Origin: Octopus vulgaris | Taxonomy: Eukaryota | Reading direction: 5' to 3' | Length of the DNA stretch: 64,000 nt | Assembly: GCA_951406725.2 (NCBI GenBank) | Contig: OX597828.1 | Location: forward strand, 54,684,001 to 54,748,000 | Shown: positions 27,197-42,094 of the stretch, in pieces | Numbering within the stretch: position 1 is the first letter of the stretch | How the letters are laid out: each line of letters begins with the position of its first letter | The notes under the pieces: generated by a model | The model's input: the letters and a program-made list of their open reading frames with translations, nothing else | Told to the model about the DNA's origin: nothing | Databases searched by the model: none | Made by a program: the position numbers and the translations under genes

Positions 27197-27830
27197 AAGC
27201 AGTTGCCCGAAAATGTCATCCCAAAATTTATCTACCGATGAGACATGATGTTGTAGCTGCTAGAGCAGTGTATAGCGACATCTGCCGGAAGGATAATCTA
27301 TAGGACAAAGAAATAAGAGCCCACAGTACAGTTGAAGCCATAGCCACTCATAATTAGAAGGAGTACTGGTGCAATATTCCAGCGAAAACCTCAATAAAAA
27401 TGTAAGCACAATAGACCTGACATAATGATTTGGGATATAGAAGAGAAACTGTAAAGTTTTGGAATTCAGCTGCTCAGTGGATGTTAACATAAAGCTAAAG
27501 ATTAACGGAAAAGAAAATACCTACGCTGAACTACTGAGAAATCTGCAGTTACTCTATCCAGATTACAAGTTCAGGTTTATACTTGGAATCATTGGGGTAC
27601 TGGTATATGTAACACACTACCTAAAAGCTAATCTTGATAAAATAGGCTTCTCAAAACCAGAAAGGAGAGAGATGATTCGATGACGACAAATCCAATCCAT
27701 CACTGGAACTGTAAAAACCCAGAAGTTTATCATTTAAGTATATATGAGCATGTCTAGATATGCATGAGAAGACATACATAAAACAAAACATAGAAATCTG
27801 TACGTATTCGTACATAAAAACATAATTACA
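27197..27830 (+). mobile_element. RLE-type LINE 3' fragment embedded in (CATA)n
   Basis: Translates as SSCPKMSS..YLPMRHDVVA..KHNRPDIMIWD..EFSCSVDVNI..KENTYAELLRNLQLLYPDYKF; (CATA)n on both sides. Confidence 0.82.
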
Positions 27831-28141
27831 TACATATACACATACATAATGCATACATGGATACATGTATACATACATTCATACATTCATTCATGCATAC
27901 ATAGATACATACATTCATTCATGCATACATAGATACATACATACATACATACATACATACATACATACATACATACATACATACATACACACATACATAC
28001 ATACACACATACATACATACACACATACATACATACATACATTCATACATTCATTCATGCATACATAGATACATTCATTCATGCATACATAGATACATAC
28101 ATACATACATACATACATACATACATACATACATACATACA

Positions 28142-28173
<32 letters not shown>

Positions 28174-28508
28174 AGCTGATTTCTCATTCAGAAGTGAGTA
28201 TGACTTTGCATCTTGTGCTATGCATTCTCTAATTATTTTTGGTGATTAATATTGCCATGAGCAGACACAGACGAACTTCCGACTGCTCCTTCCTCTTGAC
28301 CCAGCCATATGTCGAGAATGTGATTGCTGAAAGCGGAGAGAGATTCACCAGCCTTTCGCTTCTTATTTATTGACAGCTGAGCAAAATAAAGCAATGTGAA
28401 ACGAGGCGCCTTGGTTAATGATAAACGCCCGGAATCGTCTTCCCAACTTTATGATCGCCAGCCTAACATCCTCAACAGTTGGTGAGTCCCATCACACATG
28501 CACGCACG

Positions 28509-28599
<91 letters not shown>

Positions 28600-28989
28600 G
28601 TGAATGTGTAATTCCCAGTATATAAACTCTGTCAGGTCGTCCATTAAATATAACAGTTATGTTGCACGTTCGGATGACCACTACTCAATTGAACTCTACT
28701 CGTCGACTTCTCTCCTGGCGTCTAGACTTCTCTCTCTATATCTACGTATTGGGCTAGCCTACTTCATCGTCTGGGGGCGTCCACACAACACAAACACACT
28801 GTCAACTTGATAGTTCATTGGGCGCACGACTAACTAATCCAGTTCACATCACTCATATAAAAAAGATTGCTATGGTGTCCATGAGTAAGGAAGTACACGG
28901 AAGCTGATTAACCCGAAATTTTATTCAGATGATAGAAAATGTTTTTCAATCGACAATACACAATAGAAATCACAGAATATGCAACTCGA

Positions 28990-29330
28990 AAGAAATATTG
29001 CTGCGTTTTTAATTGCAAAAAGAAAAAAAATATCGATTATTTGGTCAACATTTTTGCCGATGGCCATGTTGCTATCCGGTCGTCCAATACTAAATATTGT
29101 TGTACTGTTTGACTGTATTCGATCCATTGTATACTTTAGATATATCTCCATTCAACTACTGCCGCTGAAACGGCGCTCTGTTGAGCACGATGAAGTAGGA
29201 ATGGTTACCAAGATACCAGTCTACTTGTTGAAGACTTGAAGAATGCCATGAAGATCGTTTTTATAAACACTTTCAGCAACTCCACCTGTAGTTGTCAGTG
29301 AACCTGACGGGTGTGTTATGGTCCGTGACA
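28990..29330 (-). mobile_element. hAT transposase fossil (C-terminal dimerisation domain)
   Basis: ILVTIPTSSCSTERRFSGSS*MEIYLKYTM..VDQIIDIF resembles the hATC consensus IPxTSxxxERSFSxLxxxKxYLRSTM. Confidence 0.7.
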
Positions 29331-30179
29331 AACTTTGTATAAATTACCTTTTCTACCTTTAAGAAAGCCGAAACAATTCTGTAACGTAATGTAACAATTT
29401 GCTATCGCTCGTTTAAGTCATCTAACACATCAAGACAGATTGTACGAAATATTTCACGGATTCCATTTCCAAAATAATCTCATCTGCCTTAAAATATAAG
29501 GTAGATATATATACTTTGGCAGAGTTTGGCATTTTGACCCAGTGGCACTTCTCTGACTGGTTTTCTAATCAGATCTTGTAATCTACGAGATAATATTTTG
29601 TTTCATTGTGAAATTCTTGATTCTTTGAATTAGAATCGTGTGATGTGTATAATTTCTTTGATAATTTCACCGAACATTTCAACTCATTTCCAGACACTTA
29701 CCATATTTTCCTCTACAGGGAGAAAACTACACAGGCATAGCTTTGTAGTTAAGAAGTTCGTTTCGCAATCATGTTGTTTCAATTTCGGTGACGCGCAAGT
29801 GTCTTCTACCGTGGCCTCGGAACGATTAATGCCTTATTCGTGGATTTAGTGGACATAAACTATTTAGAAGCCTGTCGTATATGTATCAGGTTGGAAAGAA
29901 AATTTTATGCCATGGTGGTTAAATCCGTATCGATTTTACCTTTTTTAAAATGAAGTAAAATCAAAACCCATATCAGACATGGCATGTTGTGTGAATTCAA
30001 AAGGGGATCCTCAGAAATGGAAGCAGCAAGAAATATTTGTTTTGTCAATGGAAATAATGCTTTAAATGTCTAAACATGGCAATGATGGTTTAGTCATTGT
30101 AGTTCAGTCGTCTATCTGTTTGCTGTATGCTGTACGTAAAAATGCGTTAACAATAAAACTGTGTGGCCGTATATTATAT

Positions 30180-30410
30180 ACGAGCTGGCAGAAACGTTAG
30201 CGCGCCGGGCGAAATGCTTTGTGGTATTTCGTCCGCCGCTACGTTCTGTGTTCAAATTCCGCCGAGGTCGACTTTGCCTTTCATCCTTTCGGGGTCGATT
30301 AAATAAGTACCAGTTACGCACTGGGGTCGATATAAACGACCCAATCCGTTTGTCTGTCCTTGTTTGTCCCCTGTATGTTTAGCCCCTTGTAGGTTGTAAA
30401 GAAATGCGTA
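30180..30410 (+). mobile_element. SINE family A
   Basis: Full head, central domain and ..gccccttgt..gtaaagaaat tail. Confidence 0.88.
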
Positions 30411-31877
30411 TATTATACAGACATTATTACATCAAAGGCAGATTGAAAAGCTGTGGAATTTTGTCTAATGATCAAGAAACTCAGGGAAAGAGGAGCGTTA
30501 GGAATAATTCCTCTGTCGTCCCAAAGTAACAAGGACAAAACTCGGAATGTTATTCATCAAGAGTTTAATTGATTAGTCAGCAAAATTTAATCCAATTCGA
30601 ATCATAATTAATATGCCATCGTTGTTAATTTGCTAATATTTTTGCTTTTGTTTTCCGAATTTTCCTCACATTTTTATCGGAAATTGATAGGTTAGTTACC
30701 TCAACAAACCCTAAATTGTATGCCTTTTTCATAGGTTTGCTGAAATAGACCTGATTAGAAGCTGTACAAAGTCAATGAGTCTACCTATATGTGGTATGTC
30801 CATTTGCTAGAAATATTAACCAGTTTTTTCTCAAAGACACGCCGCAGTCTTTAATAAAGGACACATTGTAGTTCAGATACGTTATACCTAAGTAAATAAA
30901 AAAAAGTGGGATGGTCACAAAAAGAATGTCTGTAATTATAGGTCCCTTCAGATATTGTTAACCTGGGTCTAAACAACAATAAAGTATGTCGATAATACAA
31001 TATTGTAATCTCAACGTGGTCACTTTATCTGCTAGAAATAATAACCAAATCCATCTCCCCTTAAAACACTGTCTTCTGTCTTAAAATAAAAGGACACATT
31101 AGATAATACAGCTCTAGATGCACAAAGTGTGAAATTAAGGAACAGGATTATCACGAAAATATTTTCTAATTCCAGTAGGTGGAAGCACCTCATACGGGCT
31201 TCCTCGTTTGCACAATCGAATAATGCGCCGTATTTATCGACTGCATCCTCCTTATTCTTTGAATATGAAATCTACTTAAGTGGTGAGGAAACGTTAAAGG
31301 GGCAAATTTTAAGCCTTTAGATTTTAAATCAATCTCAATAGATTAACAAAATACAATCAAAATCATAAATAATATTCTTTTCTACTCTAGGCATGAGGCC
31401 CGAAATTTTGGAGGAGGGAGCCAGTCGATTAGATCGACCCCACTACGCAACTGGTACTTGATTTATCGACCCTGAAAGGATAAAAGGCAAAGATTTGATT
31501 ACAACTAGGGTTGTAATCGAACGAGACAGAAAGAAATATAGGGGGTTAAATGCTGGATTTTAAGGGGTTTCTTGGTACCAACGCGTATACGTCAGCAAAA
31601 AAAAAAAAAAAAGAAAATTTAGTTCAATAAAGAAACCGTCAAGCCATACCACCCCCAACTAAAATACCAATAATGGTACCATGTCATGAGCGCAAGTGAA
31701 TTCTCAACGGTGTATCTAATTGCTTCTCTGCTAAAAGAAACTAATTTTGTTGCTTTTTATTTTCGTATTTATTTTTGTTGTGGAAAACAGATTTTGGTAT
31801 TATTGCTGTTGAAATCATTATTAAAAATTAAAAGAAATCATTAAAAATAAAAAGCCTTTTGATATCGAAATTACAAA

Positions 31878-32160
<283 letters not shown>

Positions 32161-32777
32161 GCAATTTCCCGTTCAGTTCGAACAAATATCTGAGAAGAGT
32201 GTTTGCAGATTTTTTTCTTTTTTCTAACTAGTTTATGTTGGCTTCTTTGCAAGTTGACGTAGCACCGTCGCAATTTATCTCCGTTTGTGATGTGAGATCA
32301 GAATTGAATTAACCAGACGCCATATGGCCGTCATTTCTTAGCTGATACTCGTAGAACAGTTTATATATGGGACGATAAATAATTAAAAATTGAATATTTA
32401 TATATATATAAAATTACTTGTTTACTGGTCTGTTTGTTACCAATGGACTCGAAAACCAGAAAAACCAATCACGTTCAAACTTAACATGAAAGGTCCTTAG
32501 ACTCGGCTATAGGTTTCCCTCAAATTTGGACCAATATTCTTTTAAGGAACAAGAGATAGTCCTCATTCAACGAAAATTTGACTCGACCGTTAGTTTTGGT
32601 TATTTCCGAAAAATAAATGGAAGTTAATGCAGTATGTGTGTGTTACGTGCAGTTGTTAATGTGTCCACCGATTTCTCTCTCGTTAATTGACTTCATGTGA
32701 AGGAACAGAAAATACCTTCATCTTGGTTGGCGCCGTACCAGGAAATGGCAGCCAAATGACATTAGATATACACCCTC

Positions 32778-32810
<33 letters not shown>

Positions 32811-32929
32811 GTCTGTCTCTGTCTGTCTTTCTGTCTGCATTTCCGTCTGTCTGTCTCTCTCTCTGTATATATACATATATATATCGCCAAACAGTGTTTT
32901 GGCATAAGTAAAATTTAGGTTAGTTAAAA

Positions 32930-33578
32930 TATGTTTGTGACACACTACCAGTAAAATTGTTAAGTTGACGAAACTTCCAACTGCAACAATTTATCATGGG
33001 TATAAACAATTTAAAGAAGAGAGGAAAATTGATGGAAAAGAACACAAGGCTCGAAGTGATTCCAGGCGCAATCCAAAGTTCCTCGCTGGCCTCAAACGTT
33101 CGATTGAAGCCAACCCATCCAGATCTATGATGACTCTCGCAAAGAAACGCAGTGTGTCCCTTTCCACGATGTCCAGAGGTGTGAGTAGGAACCTTGGCAT
33201 CACTAGCTATGTTCGATGACAGCCGAAGCCAAAGCAATCAGAGCCGAGAGATGCCTAAAGCTTTTCGCATTCATCAAGCATCAAGATGCAGGAAAAACTC
33301 TCGTGTTTGTGGATGAGAAGAATTTCTCTTGTTGACGCTGAGGTGAATCGCAGATATTCTCGAGTGATTGCATACAACCCTTCTAACGCTCCCACTGTAT
33401 TTGAGACTAAGAATCCTGCCACTGTGATGGTATTTGGGGCCGTGGCGAGTGATGGAAGTGTCAAGGAACCACACTTCACTAAGTCTGGCTTGAGATCGGC
33501 ACAAAGGAGTATCTGGGCATCCTGAAGAACTCTCTGTTACTTTGGATGGAGCAGAAGTTTGGGCTTGACAATGTGGTT
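32930..33578 (+). mobile_element. Tc1/mariner transposase fossil, maT (DD37D)-like
   Basis: HTH region (IEANPSRSM..LAK..VS.ST), FVDEKNF in a shifted frame and VNRR.SR..TKNPATVMVFGAVASDG..PHF; cut off at (TA)n. Confidence 0.78.
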
Positions 33579-33582
33579 TATA

Positions 33583-33618
<36 letters not shown>

Positions 33619-33619
33619 A

Positions 33620-34360
33620 ACAAGATAAGAAAATGGAGAAATACATCTAAATCAAATATCAATTACCAGGTAATACTCAATCACATACTTTATTAAACCA
33701 CCACATAAGAGACTGTAGGGTTAAATATAAAAAGCAGAACAAATCAGTGTACATAAAGGAATGTACATAAAAAAGTGTACATAAAAGAGTAATGTTGTAT
33801 AATAAGTAGAATATATATAAAAGAGAATATAGATACAAGTAAATATAAATATAAGTATAAATTAGATCTTACAGCTGTTTCGGCCATGTCGATAAATATG
33901 TCTCATTTTACCAATATTAGCACTTTATGGTTGGTCAATATATAGATATAAATGAGACATTTACAAAAAAATATCACAAGGCCTCTTCGGACCCCTATCT
34001 CAATTTGTATAAGCAGGGAGGTATGACGTTTCGAGCGGAGCTCTTCGTCGGAAACATAAAGAAGGAAGAGAGAGGAAAGAAAGATCCCGGAGCGGGCACC
34101 GGAGATAGAGAAAAAAACGGCTGGTGTTAGGAGTCGCACATGGTGAAAGGCGGATGTTTACGATAACAAGAGCAAAGTGGGTTTTTAAAGGCAAAAGAGT
34201 GGAAGGGAGGGAGGGGAAGGGGTGGGGGCGTATGTAGCGTGCCAGCGTGTGTTGAGTAGTAGTGTGTGTGTGTGTGTGTCCAGTGTCGTGGTAGTATTAG
34301 TGGCGAGTAGATTGAATGTGTGTAAGAGTGATGTATATGTTTAAGCAATGTGTGTATATG
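33620..34360 (-). mobile_element. Composite PLE pLTR-like remnant with two hammerhead-like motifs
   Basis: 34021-34055 reads CCGACGA-agagctccgctc-GAAAC-GTC; 33863-33997 reads CCGAAGA-ggcc..long hairpin..ggcc-GAAAC-agct-GTA; (TA)n on both sides. Confidence 0.6.
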
Positions 34361-34361
34361 T

Positions 34362-34421
<60 letters not shown>

Positions 34422-34962
34422 TATGTACATATATGTAAATATACGTGTATATATCAATATATTGACTCCGGTATTATTTTTGGTCGTATACGCAGGTCGT
34501 AGAGGTGAATGAATTAGATTTAACATGTATATAAATGTGAACATTATACGTTATTCGTATGGGTATGTATAAATGTTTATAATTATGTACAATGTGTTAT
34601 GCTATACTGATGTCGGTAAAGTCATTTACATCTCTAAACTAGAAATGGATCTACGGTTAAACCCCTTTTTAAAAAAAATCTTTGTTCACTGAAATAGCTA
34701 ATGGAGTAAATAATGTAGTTCTTAAAGCCATTTGGCGTCTATTTCCAGGATGTGGCACTGCTTATTAGTGCCCTTATTATAGTTATATTTATATAATTAT
34801 ACATTTTGTATACACACACGCATACACACACAAATACACATATACATACCAAGAATTAACGCAACCAAACTTCTACATGTTACTTTTGACAATCTTTTTC
34901 CAAAGAGTGAAACCGGTAAAGTAAATAAACATCTTTTAAATTGCATTTTCAAACCGTCTTTC

Positions 34963-35049
<87 letters not shown>

Positions 35050-35156
35050 TATTAGAAGGTTTGGAGATGATGTACAGGTATTTTAAATTAGAAGAAATGA
35101 GTACTCAGAAATTCGGATGGTTTTATATTTACACATATATATATTCTCCAAGTAAG

Positions 35157-35216
<60 letters not shown>

Positions 35217-35578
35217 TATGGTTGTCCACTAGTGACCGGAGAAGACCATCATTGACCATTGCGTGCAAAACGTCAGCAATAACAGTGCATGAGGTTATTG
35301 CACTAGCTGTAAGTTTCACCTAGAACCACGCCCGCACCTTCCTCGCTCCCCACGGCGTCATCCTGCTAAACCATTGAATCTACATTGGAGTTCATCCCTC
35401 CAATTAACAGGTCTCGTTCTTAGTCCTGGTGGGATTTTAGTAATCCTACTCACCAAGCAAACCTAGTGGGGGGTGGTGCCAGTTTAGTCGCCAACGACCT
35501 GACCTTACAACAGGTTGTACTGGAGTGCATGTTACCAGTAGCACTCATGAAAGACCACACAAATGACGTGAACCAATA

Positions 35579-35636
<58 letters not shown>

Positions 35637-35696
35637 GATGTATATGTATACATATATATATATATATACGAATGTGTGTACATAGATGTACACACC

Positions 35697-35782
<86 letters not shown>

Positions 35783-35970
35783 TATATGTGCGTACAGATT
35801 TATACATGTATATATACATACACACTTTGTACACACTTCTACATGCACACACACGCACGGGCACATGCGCGCGCACACACACTGACGCACACACACATAT
35901 AATGTGGAATTATATGCTCCATATATATTTGATTAACCAATCTAATCTCTAGAATCAAATATTTCTATAT

Positions 35971-36013
<43 letters not shown>

Positions 36014-36767
36014 ACAAATAAGCAAACACGCATGCATATTGATTACCAACACAGCTCCCTTCACACACATTCATATGCACACATATGTAAGAATACGTAT
36101 TTATATACACACACATACTGACACATACATTCCTTCATATACACGTGCACATACACAAACGATCATACGCATGCACATACATAATACATACATACATACA
36201 TACATACATACATACATACATACATACAGACGGATGCATACATACATACATACATACATACATACATACATACAGACGGATGCATGCCTATATACATATA
36301 TAGTCCGGAAGTAGACATGAAACATAAGCTTTACCATATTTCATTAATTGTTTTACCGGCATTAATTAAATAGTTTAGTGGATGGGATGGGGGTGGCGAA
36401 TTTTGTACCATCTAATCCTTCCCCATTACTTTGCCAACAAGAAGACTAACCCATATCTAGAAATAACAGTCAAATCACAACCCGCCTCTTTTAAAATAAG
36501 AAAGACAAATTGATTGGACAAAATAGAGATGAGTATTCAATATTCTTCATATATTTCTAGTGATTCAAGTCAATTTGGGCAGCGGCCACGACGAGGCACC
36601 AGCGTGAATGATTTGTAGCTCATCACATCAATGATTGTACTGCCTGGTTATATTTATCTCTGGTACTCATTTTATAGATTTCTAGTTCAGACTGCTAAGT
36701 TATTTCTTGCAGCTAGACCGATGAGTACAGAGAAGTTTATCTCTAGCTGCGAATGTTTCTAATTCGT

Positions 36768-36903
36768 AAGGCGGTGAGCTGGCCGAACCGTTATCACACC
36801 GGGCAAAATACTTAGCGGCAATTCATCTGTCTTTACGTTCTGAGTTCAAATTCAGCCGAGGTCGACTTTACCATTCTTGTTTTCGAGGTCGATAAAATAA
36901 GTG
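36768..36903 (+). mobile_element. SINE family A, 3'-truncated
   Basis: Head and B-box present. Confidence 0.75.
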
Positions 36904-36939
36904 GCATTGCCTTATACATAAGTGGCATTGCTTTATACG

Positions 36940-37320
36940 TTGCCATAATACAAGAGATTGAGGCCAAGACGATTTACAATTCCGGTCATACCAAAGGCAC
37001 AGGAGAAACAGAAAGTATCTACACATTTAGAAATAAAGAGTACACGTGGAACATTCGAATGTGATAAGTAAACCTGTGTAAACACAACAGGCCATATATA
37101 ATTCTTATAGGACAAGGAGCAAAAGTGATTCCCAGTTATAGAGATCAGCTGAATAGTAGATAATTCAAAGATTAAGGAAAAGAAGAACATTTATAGAAAA
37201 ATTGATGAGAAAACTACAGCTCAAGCAAGAAACATTTACCCAAGCAATAGACTTTTATTGCTTTCTATTGTCATAGGTGCACGGGGTTACGTAACTATAA
37301 ATCTACATGGAGCCGAGAAG
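36940..37320 (+). mobile_element. Old RLE-type LINE fragment related to 27197-27830
   Basis: Remnant motifs EYTWNI, CKHNRP, IEIS and IVIGARGYV. Confidence 0.6.
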
Positions 37321-37505
37321 TATTTGGGTTCTTTATGAAAGAATAAAATAAACTGATTTGCATTTTCGAAATACAATTGAATCGGGGTAACTGTGAAAAT
37401 TTGTAAAATATTTCAGAAATTCACCATTTGAGGTTTCTGGGTTAAGATATTCACATTGTCACATTTACATATGGGATACACACAGACACACACACCGACA
37501 CACAG

Positions 37506-37536
<31 letters not shown>

Positions 37537-37902
37537 GAGAACGCACACACACACAGAAACAGACACAGACACAGACACACGCACAGACACACAGACACAG
37601 ACACACACACACACAAACACATGCATATATCAACCAATCCAGGTAACCATAAAACGTGAGAACTGTCTTAAAGAAAAGAATCTTACCAATTTGTTAGTGG
37701 TAGGGTTGAATTCTACTAAGGAAAACGACTAAATTCCAAAGAAACACACACACACATTGGCTTATGTTTTTCATTGTTTGATTTGCCTAATAGTGGTTTT
37801 ATCTGTAATTTAATATGATCTAATATAATATATTTATACTATAAAATTGGATTTAATCCTAAATCTGATTTTTCCCTGTAAGTTTGGATTTATTCCCTAA
37901 TA

Positions 37903-37943
<41 letters not shown>

Positions 37944-37981
37944 CATTAAATGTTATTTACACACATATATGTATGCATATA

Positions 37982-38208
37982 TATTTCTATACTGCCCACA
38001 AGGGGATATTCATAGAGGGGACAAACACGGACAGACAAACGGATTAAGTCGATTACATCAGTGCATAACTGGTACTTATTTAATCAACGCCGAAAGGATG
38101 AAAGGCAAAGTCGACCTCGGTGGAATTTGAACTCAGAACGTAACGGCAGACGAAATACCACTAAGCATTTTGCCTGGCATGCTAACATTTCTGCCAGCTC
38201 GCCTCCTT
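37982..38208 (-). mobile_element. SINE family A
   Basis: Consensus motifs. Confidence 0.85.
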
Positions 38209-38849
38209 TGGTAATATATAATAATAGTAAATACCAAATTATTTCATCCTCGCTCGTGCAACCCGGTGGTTGATACTTCCTGCCACTACATCACAGCGTT
38301 TCACCATTCATTATATTTCCAAAACCAGAAATACAGAACAAATAAACATTTGCATGATGTTTCTTTTTCATTTTTATTTCAAGAATATTCTGGAAACTAC
38401 TTATGCTAATAGCATTAAATGTTATTATTAACTTTTATTATCTCACTAATTTTAACATTTCAACATTTCTTTACAATGCTTTGGCAGCCATTAGATTTCA
38501 AATTTATTTTTATTATTATATTTTTTTTCCGTTTTGGTTATCTTTTTATGCGCTTTTTCTTAAGACTTTTTGTAGAAAACTCAAATATACACCATTCTCT
38601 ACTGAGAAGCCATTGTTGTAAACTATAACTTTGGTAATGAATTATTCTTGATAGTCGAAGATGCGTACATACACACAGATACGCGCGTACAGACACACAC
38701 ACACACCTATACACTACCACATTATACATATATAAACACATACATACACAATCGTGCACACAGATATATATACGCACATATTTATAAATACTAATACTTA
38801 AAAAAGCACACATATATTCTACTTATATGAAGACAGATATACATAAATC

Positions 38850-38899
<50 letters not shown>

Positions 38900-39072
38900 C
38901 GTGTCTGTAGGTATGTGAGGGTTGAAATAAAGTTAGGATTTCAAATAAAATTTAAGAATAACAATAAAATATTTACAGATATGATGAATTTATGCGGAGA
39001 GTCAAAATTATAATGACGATCAAGTTGACTGGGACTTCAAAATACACATACATACATACGTATATGCAAACT

Positions 39073-39157
<85 letters not shown>

Positions 39158-39161
39158 ATAG

Positions 39162-39238
39162 TATGCGCGTGGCTGTGCGGTAAGAAGCTTGCTTCCCAAC
39201 CACATGGTTCTGGGTTCAGTCTCAGTGTGGCACTTGGC
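39162..39238 (+). mobile_element. SINE family B head fragment
   Basis: gtggctgtgcggtaagaagcttgcttcccaaccacatggttctgggttcag. Confidence 0.75.
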
Positions 39239-40439
39239 TTTGTTGATACCTGTCCAATATTTTATAAACAACTGACATCATCGGTGTGTTATATAAAGCA
39301 GTCTAACGCAAATTATTGATTCATCGAGACCTATTTGTGATTGATCGATTTATCAAAAATCTCTATCGAATCATATACACAAAACTTCTGCTTTAAATAA
39401 GAAAGTACATATTAAAGAGCACATTAAAAATCTAGTCCAAGATACATTTGTCTGAAAATTGTTATGCTTAGAACACACGTGATCATAGGTTTGTTTGACG
39501 AGGTACGTATATGGAGGAAAACAAGATAGAATGATACTCCAGAATGGTCTGAAATGCCAACTGTTCTAATGGACAAATCCATAAGAAGCCCATAAACTTA
39601 CGTCAAATGTTGAACGTTGGAAAATGTGATTAAGATGGCTGTTGTTTGTCAAATGATCACGACTTTCTGTATGTTGAAGTATGTTTATAAGAATTTAGTT
39701 GCTCGAGAAAAAGAAACCTGACAATAAACCAACAATGGCCATTTGACAATCGAACCACATTATAAATTGTGAAAGAGCGATATTTAATCATGTTCGTTCT
39801 GTTATTGAGCAGAAACTTAAACAACCACGCCCTACGCCACGTGACTCTGGTGACGTCAACAGCTTGAGAAGGCAAAAATCTTCGTCATTTATTTCTTCGT
39901 TTCATGTTGAATGTGTAAAGTATGGCACCTTTAAATGTTTGTTGATCTCGCTTTTGGCAGTGCTAATTGTTTTCCAAATAGTTTTGTTTAGTTTGATCGC
40001 TTTCATTTAGCCTTTCCGCAGTTTCAGTCATTGAGCTACGGCCAAGCAGGAGCACTGCTGTTGAAGGTTTAAGTTGATTTTTGATGACTCCTTCACTCTG
40101 CTTTGCATTGCATTTATCTTCTAATCGAGAGAAAAAGTTCCCCATACAAACGGATGCAACAAGACGGAACCAGATAACGTTTTCTTTTTTTTTTTTTTTG
40201 CTGTAGTTTCAGCTCATAGCTGCGGCCATGCTGATGCACCGCCGTTTGCGATTCGATCGTTCGACGATGCGAGAAAGCTAGCTGGGACGCCGCCATGAGC
40301 GGCGTGGTGGGGACCCTCTTCTTCCCCGCGAGTCACACCGACGCGGCCGTAGCCGCTGCTGCTGTAATTTTTGCTCAAAGAACCGATTCTGCTATCTCGA
40401 ACAAGTACATACATCATACCGGCATTATACATACATACA

Positions 40440-40637
40440 TAGGAACAAACAAGGGCAGACAAACGGATTAAGTCGATTACATCGACCCCAGTGCGTAACT
40501 GGTACTTAATTTATCGACCTCGAAAGGATGAAAGGCAAAGTCGACCTCGGCGGAATTTGAACTCAGGACATAACGGCAGACGAAATACGGCTACGCATTT
40601 CGTCCGGCGTGCTAACGTTTCTGCCAGCTCACCGCCC
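40440..40637 (-). mobile_element. SINE family A
   Basis: Consensus motifs. Confidence 0.87.
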
Positions 40638-41113
40638 CACGCCCCATTTAATAAGCTCTCCCTTTGTAAAACATTGTATCTATGTGAGAAATCAGAGGAA
40701 GGAAACCACAAGGAAGGAAATTAGGTAAAGAAATTCTTTCTGTATCTGTTGTGACTACTGCTGCAGGGTGGGGGTGGGGGCTATTTGTTGTTGTTGTTGC
40801 TGCTGCTGCGTGTAATGGATGGGGTTTGTCACGCTCAGTGGGTGCTTTTCAACATATGTACGATAGCAAACACCAAAATGTTACGGTGAGCCCCACAGAG
40901 TACACACACAAACACACACTCACACACGCACACTCACACAAACACACACACATAAATGTATGTATATTATGCACATGTTTGCATATATGTATATACATGT
41001 ATGTATGTATGTATGTATGTATGTATGTATGTATGTATGTATGTGTCTGCCTGTCTACCTACCTATCTTCCCTCTCTCTCTGTTTCTCACTTTACATCTC
41101 TATACACAGCCTC

Positions 41114-41163
<50 letters not shown>

Positions 41164-41379
41164 TTCATTGAATAGAGGTAATTCTGTCGGGTTCCACCAT
41201 CACTTTCTGGTGTGTGTCTGTGTGTACGTAGCAACATATCAATACACACACACAAGTATACATAAAAAACACATTAAGATTTAATCTCTCGATAGAAATA
41301 AAGGCCCTTGTAATTCTAAAATATCCCACAAAGCCAGACATTAACGCACTGAATATATAACGAAGGATGTATATAAATA

Positions 41380-41582
41380 ATCTTTTCTAGGCACAGGGCC
41401 CGAAATTTTTGGGGAAGTGGGGCAATCGATTAGACCGATACCAGTATGCAATTGGTACTTAATTTATCGACCCCGAAAAGATGTAAAGCGAAGTCGACCT
41501 CGGCGGAATTTGAACTCAGAACGTAGACAGACGAAAGCATTTCGCTCGGCGTGCTAAATTTTCAGTCAGCTCGCCGCCTTAG
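41380..41582 (-). mobile_element. SINE family A
   Basis: Consensus motifs. Confidence 0.85.
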
Positions 41583-41673
41583 AGGATGTAAAAATAATAT
41601 TATTATGATCCTTGCTAACAACACATACTTAACAGCAAGTGATGTTTATTGTTGCAATTAGATGTAATATGTT

Positions 41674-42075
41674 AAAGTGGCGAGCTGGCAGAAACGTTTG
41701 CACGCCGGGCGAAATGCGCAGCCGTATTTCGTCTGCCGTTACTTTCTGAGTTCAAATTCCGCCGAGGTCGACTTTGCCTTTCATCCTTTCGGGGTCGATA
41801 AATTAAGTACCAGTTACGCACTGGGGTCGATGTAATCGACTTAATCCGTTTGTCAGTCCTTGTTTGTCCTCTCTGTGTGTAGTCCCTTGCGGTAGTAAAG
41901 AAATACGTATTTCGTCTGCCCTTACGTTCTGAGTTCAAATTCCGCCGAGGTCGACTTTGCCTTTCATCCTTTCGGGATCGACAAATTACGTAGCAGTTGC
42001 ATACTGGGGTCGATTTAATTGATTGGCCCTCTCCCGCCAAATTTCGGGCCTTGTGCCTAGAATAGAAAAGAATTA
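41674..42075 (+). mobile_element. SINE family A, dimeric form
   Basis: Head, core and tail 1, then a repeat from gtatttcgtctgcc through the core to tail 2. Confidence 0.9.
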
Positions 42076-42094
42076 GGAGTTTCAGTTAATGCAT

